From positions 1 to 64,000 of the forward strand of contig DF237222.1 of assembly GCA_000708835.1 (NCBI GenBank): DNA of 64,000 nucleotides. Reading direction: 5' to 3'. Shown here piece after piece: positions 25,901 through 37,800 of this stretch. The translations under genes and the position numbers were made by a program. The notes below the pieces were generated by a model. The model made no database searches. It was not told where the DNA came from and was given only the letters and a program-made list of their open reading frames with translations. The number at the start of each line of letters is the position of its first letter. Position 1 is the first letter of the stretch. The stretch is from Klebsormidium nitens. Lineage: Eukaryota > Plantae > Klebsormidiophyceae.

Positions 25901-28900
25901 TCCGCTTTTTGACAACGAACACGATTACAGCGGCTCCTAGACGCTGAAGGTTCGCAAAAACTTCGAAGCCCAGAGCTCATAACAGCCGTTCCCTTTCTTC
26001 CTCGCCAGAGTAGCAACAATAATTAGCCGTTTCGCACCGCCCTTCGGACTGTTTGCAGGTGCTGACGTCGTGCTCGCGCGCCGGCGAATGGGTGCAGTGC
26101 ATGGTCTGCTGGATCGCCCTGCAGGCTGCACGCCTCCCACGAATCGACTTTGCGCTCTCTTGCCTGTGCGGGCTCTCGGCATACTTCGGCCATTGGCTGA
26201 CGTCAGAGCTTGAACCCCTCCAGGTGCTGACGTCATGCTCACCTGCGGGCGAATGGGAGCGCTGCGGAAAGTGCCGGAACGCCTGCGAGTTGCGCGCCTC
26301 TCGCAGGCGAAGCGACTTTGCGCTCTCTTGCGTGATGCGGGCTCTTGGCATACTTCGGCCACCAGCTGACGTCACAGTCTGGACCCCTGCAGGTGCTGAC
26401 GTCATGCTCGCGTGCTGGCGAATGGGAGCGCTGCATGGATTTCTGGAACGCCTTGCAGGCTGCGCGCCTCCCCCGAAACGACTTTGCGCTCTCTTGCATC
26501 GTGCGGGCTCTTGGCGCGGCCCACTGGTGGGAACAGGCGGTCGAGATGGTGAAAGCGGCCAAGAAGGGGTCCTTTGGGAGGGACTGCAAACTGTCTGTGA
26601 GTGAAAATTCTTTCCCTGTTGGACGCTCATAAGGTGGTTGCCAAAGTTTGCTAATCCATGATGCTAAGTTGTTGAGAGCTGTTTTCGGTGGTCGAGATGG
26701 TGAAAGCGGCCGAGAAGGGCGGCTTTGGGATGGACTGCAAACTGGCTGTGAGTGCAGATGCACCGACCCATTCCAGTTCGACGCTGAGAAACCCTGCTTA
26801 AAGAGAGTGCAACTTCGTCGTCCTGGTTGATGACTGGATGATGATTCTGTTTCTTTTGCGCCCTGGCTTTGCTTTGGTTCGCGTTCCGCAGGTCCCTTGA
26901 ACCCAGCACTCTGAAAAGCTTATATCCCTTGCGTGATCAGCGGAAGTCGACATAACACCCTAGTATCGCAAAGTCCCAAAATCGATGATTCCGATGATAG
27001 ATCTCACGCCTAAACTCAAAGCTCTGCTTTCAGGTCCAAACGTGCACGATGGCCATCTCTGCATGCGCTCAGAGTAGGCAGCGGCAAGCGGCCGTTGCGC
27101 TCCTCCGGTGGATGCAGAAAGAGGGCCTCAAGCCGGACGTGGGCTCCTATAACGCCGTCATGCAAGCGTGTATCCAGGCGGAAGACTTAGACGAGGTCAG
27201 GGAAGCTACTCCGATAACTCTCCCGTGACTTTAAAGGCATGTTACTTCAGATAGGAACAGGTAGGGTTAAGCTGGTGATTAGGGTGGGTCCGTGGGCAGA
27301 GCGCACAGATTCTGAGTTGGGGCTATTACTCCAAGCACCCGGGTATATAAAATTGTGGGTCAAACGCCTGTTATTTCACATGAGAGTTACGAAATATCCA
27401 AGCCTTGCGTTTCGTGCGTCTCTTATTTTACGTGGCTCGTCCTTTCTGCCAGCTGGCGCTGCTTCCTGCGGATCTTCCTTCTGATAGGCTAAGTAATATA
27501 AGAGCTCGTCTGTTGAAACCCTCGCGGTTGCCTATGTTGGAACAATGTACCCAAGTCACGTGAAGGAAGATTTGGAAAAGCCACTTGTTTGAAAACGATG
27601 CTCTTAACATATCAAACAGCAAATAATGGATCTTAAGAACATGTAGTCGAAACGCTGTTCACAAGCGCAAGAGGTGTGAGATTAACACGCTTTTGAGAGG
27701 TAATCGAAGTGACATCATTGCGTGCGAACAAACCATATGGGCTTATACACTGAAGCTGAATTCAAGGAATAGCCAGAGGTGATAAGAACCGGAAATCACT
27801 CACCGTTCGCGGAAACCCCTTTTCTGCTCCCCAACGCTCAGGGTTTTCCTTAAAGACAAATTGGTCACAAGCTGTTCTGCTTTATCCGCACCAATGGGGG
27901 GGCCCCTTTCCTTCGTTTTCCGCAGGCTCTCCCGTTCTTCCACAGGGATTCGCGCGCTCTCAGGTTCTTTGGAAAAAATCGCGGTCCTTTAACCAAGAAG
28001 TCGAAACTAGAGAGTTATCTACACCATCTCGAGAAAGGGAAAAAACCAGGCCTAACCCACTTCAATCTCAGTCTCTCTCAGAATCTCCAGAAACGCGCTC
28101 AAGTACCTTCCCGAGATAATTGTAAGCCGTTGTCAGAACAGAAGCCGCACTCCTACGATCAATTGCACAACTTTGGGGATAAGCCGTTGAAAGACCGCTA
28201 GCTTTCTGCAGGCTCTCCAGTTCTTCCAGGAACTTTTGCGCGCGCGCCTGCGCCCCGACTCGCACTCCCAGACTTTGTACATACACGTTCTGGCGCTCTG
28301 CGGACGCTTCACCGACGCTCTGGACGCTTTCTGGGGCTTTCGGACGCGGCTCGGAGTGCCGAACATAGTCACGTATAATGCGGCCATTGTCGCCTGCGGG
28401 AAGGGACTCATGTGGATGGACGCCTTCAAAGTAAGTGCCATCGTTATGGTTAGGGCCTCTAACCACCTGGTTTCGCGGCGGCCCCTTCGCAGCATGTCTC
28501 GGCCTTCGCGTCGCCGAAACTCAATCACGTGATACAGTATACTGCGTTCAGCGACACGGATAGTGGCATACGGGCTATCTGGTCGCCGGGGCGTTGCGGC
28601 TCACACGATTTCCCCATAAGGAAAGTTGGGTTGGGGGCTTGTGAGGTGGGTAGGGGGTTTGGGAAGACGTTGGAGAGGCATAAGTCTGCAGGATCGGGTC
28701 GGTCGTTGAGAGTGCTTTCCAAAGCCGCCTTTTTGAGTCGTCAAAGGAGGAAGGAACGCCTCCTTTGTGCGATGGTGTAGTCCACAAGGGGCGAGAAGCC
28801 TTAAGGCTAACGAGAGCGGTGATGCTGAGGACCTCCCCTGATTTCCCTTCTTTGTCACGGTCGTTCTGCCTCCTCCTCTTTTTGCTTCCTTCGCCGCCCC

Positions 28901-30474
28901 TGACACCCCAGTTTCATTCGTTCAAGGAGTTGTGCACCCACTTCGTCATCAGCTTAGATCACTGATGCGGCACACCGTTGATACCATCCATGGCACCCAA
29001 ATGGCACCGAATCTCCTCAACAGGTGTTCCAAGACCTAGACGCCAGCGGGTGTGCTCCGAACGTGACGACATACGAGGCGCTGATCAAGGCGCTGAGCGA
29101 CAGCGGCGAGCTAGAGAAGGCGATGGCGGTCTTCCAGTCGATGGGCGCACGAGGAGTCAAACCGCAGGTAATGTGACCCCTGAACTTGAACCGGTCTACT
29201 GACGTGTATCAACGGACGGGCGACGTCTCGGCGGCAAACAATGTTCATTCTAGGTTCTTCAACTGATTTGCTATATCTGCGGGCTTTCCGAGTCTGAGAA
29301 TCCAAGTGACATTTGGTTCCGAGTGGGGGTCCTTGAACAAAGAGCGTCCGCTGGTTGGTCCAACTTCGGCGACCGGGAAGCAGGTAGACGACCGTTGCAG
29401 TCGCCGGTTGTGGTTTAGGCCAGAATATTTTGCGCAGTTTTGAGTGCGCCATCGCTCCAAAAGCTTCTGTTCCGGACGCTCTCTTCAACCCGCTGTCTGA
29501 CCGGCATGGTTAACAACATGCGGCACGGCCACGTCGAGCACGGCATGTGGGAGGGCGCACGCCCTTCCCATTAGCCGTTTCGAAACCAATTTTTACCTGC
29601 TTTCCTTACCCCAGATTCGCGCATTCAACAATGACTGTACTGTTACGCCAAGGTCGGCGCTTAGAGATATGGCTCGTTTTTACTGCTAATCAACTCGACA
29701 CTAATCCCATACCCTGCTTAACCCCAGGTTCGCGCTTTCAACAACCTGTTGGACGGCTACGCCGAGCTCGGCGCGTGGGAGGACGCGCGCGCCATCTTCG
29801 ACTCGATGCAGCGCTTCGGGGTGCGCCCCGATGTCGTCAGCCACAACATCCTCATCCGGGCCTACTGGCGGGGGGGCCAATTCGCGTCCGCCGTCAGCTG
29901 TTTCGCCAGCATGCTGGAGGGTGACGTCACCTGCCCCCCGGATGACTTCACCTACCGGGGGGTGCTGACGGCGTGCGACCTGGGGGGCTTGGGCGCAGAG
30001 GCGCTCTGGGCGCTCGAGCAGATGGAAATCTTAGGGGGATCCCCCTCCGCTTTCCACTACGGGCGGGCTCTGGTGGCCTGTGCGAAGGGCGGAACTTGGG
30101 CGGATGTTGAGGAACTGTACCAATATATGCGGGGGGAGGCTATGGAGATCGAAGCGTCGGTCTACATGGCGATGTTAGCCCGGTTAGAGGTCGAGGGGAA
30201 CACCGGGCGTGCTAGGGGGGTGTTGGCCGAGTGGCGGGAGTCGGTATCCGACTACGAGATTGGGGTCGGGGGGTATAACTTGGTGCTCGGGGCGTATGCC
30301 AGTGCCGGGGACTGGCGGGAAGCGTTGGCGTGGAAGGAGGTAATGGAGGCCCGGGGGATCACCCCGAGCGTGACGACGTACAGTATGTTGGTCGGGGTGC
30401 TGGAGAAGAGTGGGCGGTGGCAGGAGGCGATGGCGGTGTATGGGGAGATGCCCATGAAGGGGGGCGTTCTCTAG
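22910..30474 (+). CDS. Pentatricopeptide-repeat (P-class PPR) protein; 5' end uncertain, with further candidate exons near 21776-21903 and about 22375-22494
   Basis: PPR motifs such as PDVWCYSEVLKAL, PNVWCCNSLVTVLCKGGRVREA, PDAVTYNVLI, PNIVTYNAAIVACGK, PNVTTYEALIKAL and PDVVSHNILIRAY. Exons ending 25255, then 26393-26596, 27034-27195, 28212-28430, 29024-29167 and 29728-30474, are all phase 0 with GT-AG sites. Confidence 0.9.
26000..26760 (+). repeat. Degenerate tandem copies of a PPR exon: acceptor side twice upstream, donor side once downstream
   Basis: CAG|GTGCTGACGTC at 26059, 26224 and 26393 (real), spacings 165 and 169. Donor end GGACTGCAAACTG(T/G)CT|GTGAGT at 26597 (real) and 26748, spacing 151. 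Confidence 0.9.
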
Positions 30475-31789
30475 GAAGGAGGATGTAGCGCAGAATAGAT
30501 GGGGAGCTACGTAATCGAACTGAAATTATTCTTGTTCTTATTCGCTAGAACTTAGTCAATTTTTGGTCAAGAGTCCCACCGGAAAAATCTCTTGGGAAAT
30601 GTATATAGACCTGGTGGGGCGCAGTGCGATGCAAACCACGCAAGTCAAGATCATCATTGAAGAAAGCGACTCGCAGTAAAGACGTTTCCTCCGTTGTCCT
30701 GCTCGGTCAACATTAGCTAGTCACAGTCATCGAATCATCGAATGGCCGTCACGTCACGTGATTGTCGAAGGCACGCAAACGGCGGCGTGTCCCGTCGATA
30801 CATGGCCGGGCCGCAGGCCCATTAGCGCATCAGCTGCATGGATGGGATTTGCTACGATGCATTTACGTGCATCTAGGCACATGCAGCTCCGCCGCCATTA
30901 GTCAATTAGTGTGACAGCATGTTGCAGAGTGATCAGTGTCTAATCTGGAATGATCGCATGCGGCATTGCGGCTGTACCAATCCGGCCCGCCCTACAAACT
31001 TGGGCCGCGCGGGGACTGCATACATATGACAATTAATTGCACATGTATGATACCCAACCGTCAGCTGATCGAGCCTGAGAGTCATATGCCAGTAGTTATA
31101 CTTGATCGTTTGCATGATATCACGAGTCGCGTGCCCCACTCTGCAGCATGTACGTATGCAGAAACGTAATCAATTAACATAACATAACTTTCTGCATGCA
31201 GAACATCGTTGCTAAGGGTTTTGGATGTTATGTTGCGGGCCATGGGATCCGACACAACTACGGCCCTAATCTCCTGCCAAGCGTTAAGCCTTCAGATGAA
31301 ATTACATTTGCTGTGTTACAGATGAGATAGCGCTCCCCTAGCGCTCCCATATGGGAGTTTGAAGCAATGCCGTATACGGGCCCTACTTTTTATACTGATA
31401 GTCTTGCAACGGTGTCGAGCCTCTGATCTTGGGGGATTCTAGCTACAAAATCAGCATGGTTATGACCTATGGTACAAATTTTATCAACTCCCACAACGAA
31501 GGATGACCTTTAAGGGCATTTCTATTATGGATAAGTCGGTGGCCGGTTGCAAAACAGATTGCAACCTAAAACGTATAAGTACTACTACTGAATAGTAAAT
31601 GTCTGGAATTTGCATTCAACTGTACTATGTGTATATACGGAGCCACTTTCAGTCTTAAAATAGTCTCAATATACAAGTGGGTGGATAAAGCTTATAATCT
31701 TTTGTATATATTTCAAGTAGTCGCTCACGCAAAGTGGGGCCAGTCACGGGCCTTCGACCGGCCCCCTGCAGCTCTGATGCGCCTGAGCC

Positions 31790-31890
31790 TCAAGCCCGGG
31801 GAACGGAAACCACTGAAATTCTCGAGCCCGGGGAATCGTAAACCAAAAGGTTTTCGAGCCCGGGGAAGGACGAACCGAGCGGTTTTCAAG
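31790..31890. repeat. Three short (about 33 bp) degenerate tandem repeats abutting the alpha-dioxygenase stop codon
   Basis: AGCCCGGGGAA...AAACC...TT(C/T)TCG-type unit seen three times between about 31792 and 31888. Confidence 0.65.
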
Positions 31891-34800
31891 TGGTGATCGG
31901 CCCCCCGTCGCTGCTCGGGAACTGGATGAGCTGCGGCAGCCAGCTCGTCTTGGGCGGGACCGCATCCCACGTGTTGAAACCGCTGATGCCCTTGGAGGCC
32001 AAAAAGGCGGAGTACAAGTCTGCAGAGAAAGCCGGCAAATAAGGATGAAAAGTTTGCTCATTGATCGAGTCTTGTTAGGTAATGCTCTAGCAGATGAAAG
32101 CCGATTAAGCAAAGGTGGTGAAATGCCCTTGGGGGTCAGGAAGGCGGAGTGCATGTCTGCAGAGGAAAAGCGGCGCCTACGGAGTGAGAAGTTGCTATCG
32201 AACGAGCTTGTTTAACCTCTGGTTAATTGGTCTTCTAACAGATAAAAGCCGGTTTCTCAAGGAGGCCGGTCAGGAAGGCGGAGTGCCTGTCTGCAGAGGC
32301 AACCGGCGACTACGGAGCTTGTAAAATGTTTGCTAGCGATCGTGGTTCTTTAACCTCTGATTAGGCGATGCTCTGCCAGATTAAAGCCGGAAAACGAAGC
32401 ATGGTATTGTGACCCTGGAGACAAAGAGGGCGGAGTGCATGTCTGCAGAGTAGGTAAGGGTGCGGAGCGCGTATGTATATCGGTTTGTGTGTTTGTTGCA
32501 CCCTTGTTGCACCCTTGTTGGCATTTCAAAAAACGGGCACTTGTCCCGGCTAGGTTCTGATCTATCCCGGGGGTTGTTGTCACTGGACCTCGAAGTCATC
32601 CTATACTGGATCTATGAGATCTTTTCCCCTGAAAGGCCAGTGTAGTACAAGCTAGGCAAGTGAATTCGTGATGAAACAAATAAAAAATAAAGGCGACTAA
32701 CCTGGGTAGTGCCTCTTGAGGAGGTCCGCTATTCCCTCGGTGGACCGCACCCGCTCAAAGCCCTCGGGGGTGTACACCTCAGGCCGGAAGTCGGACGTGA
32801 AGAACCGGTCCGCTTCCAGGCGCCTGGAGACACAAAGATGATGGCGTCAGCATGACGTCTCAAGCCGTCACCGGATCGCTGGCCGGGAAAGTAGCAGCGG
32901 GAGCTGTGAGACGACGTGAGCTTACGACAGCACGTTGAGAAGATACCGGATACGTTTTTTTACGGTTCTCTCGAGCCGCCTTTACACGATCCAAAGGCGT
33001 TAGTGCGACTTTTCAAATCGTGTTCTCCCTTCTTGAAGAGGAATTTGCCAGCGGTGAAAGACGAGCTGGGAGTTGCGATGCGCCGACTATCTCAACCCAG
33101 GGGTTTCGCCAAGCGTATTAAGACATGCTTGCCTTAGTCGGGAAGGTAAAAATGACGAAGATTAATGCCACGGATAAGTCAGCGGAAGAACGCTTGGGTC
33201 AGGCTTGGTAACCACTCGAGGTTTAGCTCCTAACCTGCTGGCCATGATGATGAAGATGTAGAAAGCGGTCTCGCTGATGGCGAAGCCCGGTATGAATCGC
33301 TCCGCCTGCATGCCCACCAGCAGGTCCAGCTTCTCGACGTCGTCTCCGTAGACCGACTGCACCGGAACCGGAACGGCTCAGCGGAAACGGAAAGGTTGTG
33401 AAGTGAACCTTTTGTTAGAACTACGAGTAACTCCGGCTTCTTTACGCCGCTTCCGTTTCAATGTTGCACGGAACCGGAGCAATCGGATGGCACCGGAAGG
33501 GCGTTTTAAGGGCTGGCCGTTACCATGTCCCCGTCGCAGTGCCAGCTGCGTCCTCGTCGTTTGCAGTCCCTTAAAAGCACAGCAACTTTCGGACGAGCCG
33601 AGCGAATCTGGGCTCTCGAATCATTGTTGATCAGGGCAATCGCGAACCGCTTCACCGCAAGGACTGAATGCTCATAGGACTTCGGAGAAGTAAAAACAGT
33701 TGTTGCAATGCGCATTCAGGGACTACTAAGAATGCTCAATTGAGCTGATCTCAAACTATTCGCCATCACACAACCAATTTTGGTTGCTCTATGGCGTTAG
33801 AACCACGGCGGCAGCGGCGAAAATTTTCCTATCGCCCTACGGACCAGAGGCGTCCTTCCCCTCTTTCCCTATCCAATCACATGCATATTCGCCGCTCGTT
33901 CACCTCCGTTCAGGATCTTCCACGTGTCAGCTCTGCATTCTCAAAGGAAAGAGCGCCGAGATAATGCGATTACACGCTCACCCGCAGCTTGCTTTGGGTC
34001 TCTGTGTCGTCCGGGCCCGTCAGGTCCGCCCACGTTTTGATGGGCGCCGCGTGCAGCTGGCGCCGGAAGTTGTTGTACCGGGGCACGTTCCGCTCGCGGT
34101 CGCGCCAGACTGCAGCGGAACGAGCGGAAAGTAGGTCCTCCTCAGAAGGCGGACGCGTAAGGCTTGACGTCACACGCGACAGCGGAACAAGCTTCTCGGA
34201 CACAAAGAATCTAGTGTCAGCGGCTTTCAGGTCATGTGAGCGCATTGGCTCATTAATTCCGTCAGAAGCAACCAAAGCTCCGGTTGGCAAGGGAAGGTAT
34301 GGTGCAACCGATCTCAACGCCAAATTCTAGTCCTCTGTGGAACAGTTCAATTCTCCCGGGAGTCAGATACACTCGGCGGCGAGGGGCGGAAGGAGGTCGG
34401 AAACCATAAAGGCAACGAAATGCAGCACCTGAACCCTCAAACAAAAGAGATTCTGCGCACTCAAAAGCGTTAAGCCCTGATCTCCCCAACCCCTCACTCT
34501 CGAGCGCAGCCATATCAACGTGGTCGCCACGCGGCGTGCCATCGACGTTCTCCGGCGCGATGTCGCGCATAAAGTTGGGGTAGTTGTTCAGGCAGAGCAG
34601 GCCGCACGACTGGAACCCGAGTGACGTCAGCATGACGAGGGGCCCCTCCTCGAGCAGCGTCCGCTCGCCCTGGATGCCGTGCAGGTCCTCCATGGGCACC
34701 TGAAAAGGGGTTTGGGCCTTCGTTAAGGTTTTGCCGCTGACCATGGGGAGAGTTTGGGCCTTCGTTGAGATGTCGCCTTTGTTGAGATGTCGCCGTTAAC

Positions 34801-37800
34801 CATGGGGAGGGTTAGGGCCTTCCCTAGGATATCAGCCTGAATCAGGGAGGGTTTGGATTCGTGACTGGTTGCAGGGACAGCTTCACAAAGCAAAATGATC
34901 TGAATGTACTTTTGAGAGGGTTCGGCTGTGATTCAAACGTTTGTTTGCTAGCAATCACAAAGGACTCTGAGTGAACCATGTTGGCTTGCTGTTGTTCAAC
35001 AATAACTCAACTTGTTCAAAAGTGCGGTAATAGGGGAGGACGAGAGCGCGAGTCAACAACACTCGTTAAAAACAGGACGACGCTTATTTGGTCATTGCAA
35101 GCCAGGATTCCAATATACATGTGTTCGCCTGACAGAATCCGCGCAGGGTTATCCACACCGAAACCCGGAACTACGCAGCATTTCCCCGCGCGGCAGATTT
35201 GCCTCGTCTCGGCGCTGGAGATCCTCGGTACTAATGCCGTGAATTTGAGCAGACGAATCAACATCGCTTCGAGCTCTGCAATAGAAAAGGGTCACAGGGC
35301 CTCGTTTGGAGTCGTGAGTCAGAGACAAAGGCTTCATACCTCTTCCTTCGCGTTCCTCAGCCTGCTTTCCCCTCTGACAGGGGCGAACTGCAATCATTTC
35401 AAGGCCGTTTTCACTAGCTTGGCTGTCTCAAATCGGGCGAAAGCCCCGTGCAAGCGAGGCTCGATCTCTCAACGCTCACCAGCTTCTTGGGCGGCGGCTT
35501 GCCGTCCACGAGTATGCTCGCGCGCACGTCCAGGACTTCGATCTCGTCCGGCAGCAGGCTGTGCATGCGGTAGACCGAGCAGAACTCCTCGGTTAGCGAG
35601 TAGGGCACGCCGTGGTTGTCGGGTTTGGGTAACCCGACCAAACCGCTCAGCTCGGAGATCCCCGTGTGGCCCAGGTGCTCCTTGACCCACTTGCCGAAGA
35701 GGCCGTACCTGGACGACACGTGGCGGCCTCGGGTTGGGCGCGGTTTGCGGAGGGGATCACGGTTTGCAGGCAGAAGGCAACAACGGCTCCAGATTCTTCT
35801 TCCAAATTGGTTCTGGCAGGAACGCCCGTAGACGGATCACCACAAAACGCGTACTTTGTCCAGCGCAGCTTTACAAAGAACAAACGCTTCTTCGCAAGAG
35901 TCGTTCGACGTTCACAGACTGCCGTCAATCAGTTGCAATGCAAGCTTCGATGAATAGGTTTTCAAATGTCCCCCGCTCTTGTAGGTTGGAAAAAATGAAG
36001 CTGGAAAGGAGCGCATTCTCACCAGTTGGCCTTCATGGCAACGTTCAGGGTGGGCATCTTGAGCAGCTCGCACGTCCAGTCGATGGTGTGAATTTTGCCG
36101 ATCTCCGCCGCGACCACCAGGCGGGCCTTGTTGTACAGCTGGTCGTCATCCCAAGTCGGGTACCATTCGCTCAGCCTGGAAAAAACAGGGCCCCTGGTTT
36201 GAATTCTGCAGTGACGTGCATCGAGAGGGAAGGTCGCTCATCAGCTCTGCTAAAGACAAGCGTCAGGATCCCGACCTAGCGAGAGATTTTTCGCGACTGA
36301 GCAGCCACAACAAGAGGTCAGCTGGAAGAAAACATTAGAGGCATTCTTTGAGCTACTGCGATGTTGAGTGGCAAGTCGTGCTTCCGGGACAACCTTGTCT
36401 TCACGGCATCCAACGCTCGAGCTCAGAAACTCCTTAAAGATCTGGAAGTCAACCGGATGGCCTCCTCCTATCATCCGATGCATGGCCGATTGAAGCAACC
36501 CTGGATCGGATTGTTTCCAGTATCATCAATTTCATTTCTTTCGCCCTTACAGTGCCTTTCGCAAACGAAAGAAGCTACAATTATGCGAGCGTATCACCAG
36601 CTTGCAAAGCGGTCTCACTGCGACCGTCGCATGCAATGGACGCTCACATTTGGGCCACGTCGTTGTGCTCCTTGACGAACAGGTCCTGCAGCAGGCTGAC
36701 GCCGATCCAAGAGTTCCTGACGTCACCCACACGTGCTACGCCGTCCGGGCCGTGCGCGAGCGTGTCCCCGCCGTCAATGAGCTTCCCCCCCTTGCCGGTG
36801 CGCAGGGAGGTGGCCTTCTCGGGGGTTTGGCCGTAGACTGCGGAACCATCCCTGCAGAGAAGCGGAGAACGGAATCTGGATCAGGCCTGGATCACCCCGG
36901 TTAGAACGAGGACCCCTTGGACTAAACCCCGGTTTGAAAGAGGACTCTCTTGACCTATAGCCTGGCTAGGAAGAGGACTCCTTGTGACCGAATGTCCCCT
37001 CGCAAGGTAGCCTGTTGAGCATTTTCGCCGTTACGTGGCAGCCTTGTTCCGGTCTAACAGGGGTGCTTTGGAAGCACGACAAGGATCGGACCCCGCTTGT
37101 ATTCTCCATTAAGAACCCGTTAGAAGTGGCTTTTCCTGTTTGGCTTACGTTTCTGATTTGACTTTCAGGTTCCTTTGCGTTTGGCACTAGCAACGTGCTC
37201 AAGTGCCCGGCCTGCCCTGGCAAAAGAGGACAGATCTGCTGCACAGAATGCAAATGCATAGCATCATACACACGTTTACATCTGAAAGGAGTAAACCTCA
37301 CCACCAAGGGGTGCGGATGTTGATGTGCCCCTCCCGTGGGTTAGTCATGCCGGTCGACTCCTTAACCGTGGGGTGAAAGGTCATCCTGCGGAGTGGGCAG
37401 CCGTTCAGTCCCGGGGGGGCCTCCAGGGCAGTGCTTCCTGGCCCCCCCTCGAGGTGGTCGAACCAGTCGTGGATCATGAACTGGATCCAGGACGCGGCCA
37501 GGACGTTGAATTGGGTGCCTGCAAATGCGGGGTGTGTCTCGTTGATTGCAGATTTGGGACGCCGGCACTTGTTGCTCGGCAAGAGCTGGCTAGCTTGACA
37601 GCGAAGAAGTTGACTAGACTGTTGTGTTTTAGCCATGTCCGGGTGGGAGAAGGTTGTCACAAAGAAGAGTGGACAACTGGGCTCAGACAAGGGGGCTTGA
37701 CACATCCGATTGAGAAATACTAGGATTGTTGAGTTATCTCTTCGCTTCAAGAATGCATTTCTTTGCCCGCCTCTGCAGAGAGACTCAACAGTCCCTAATG

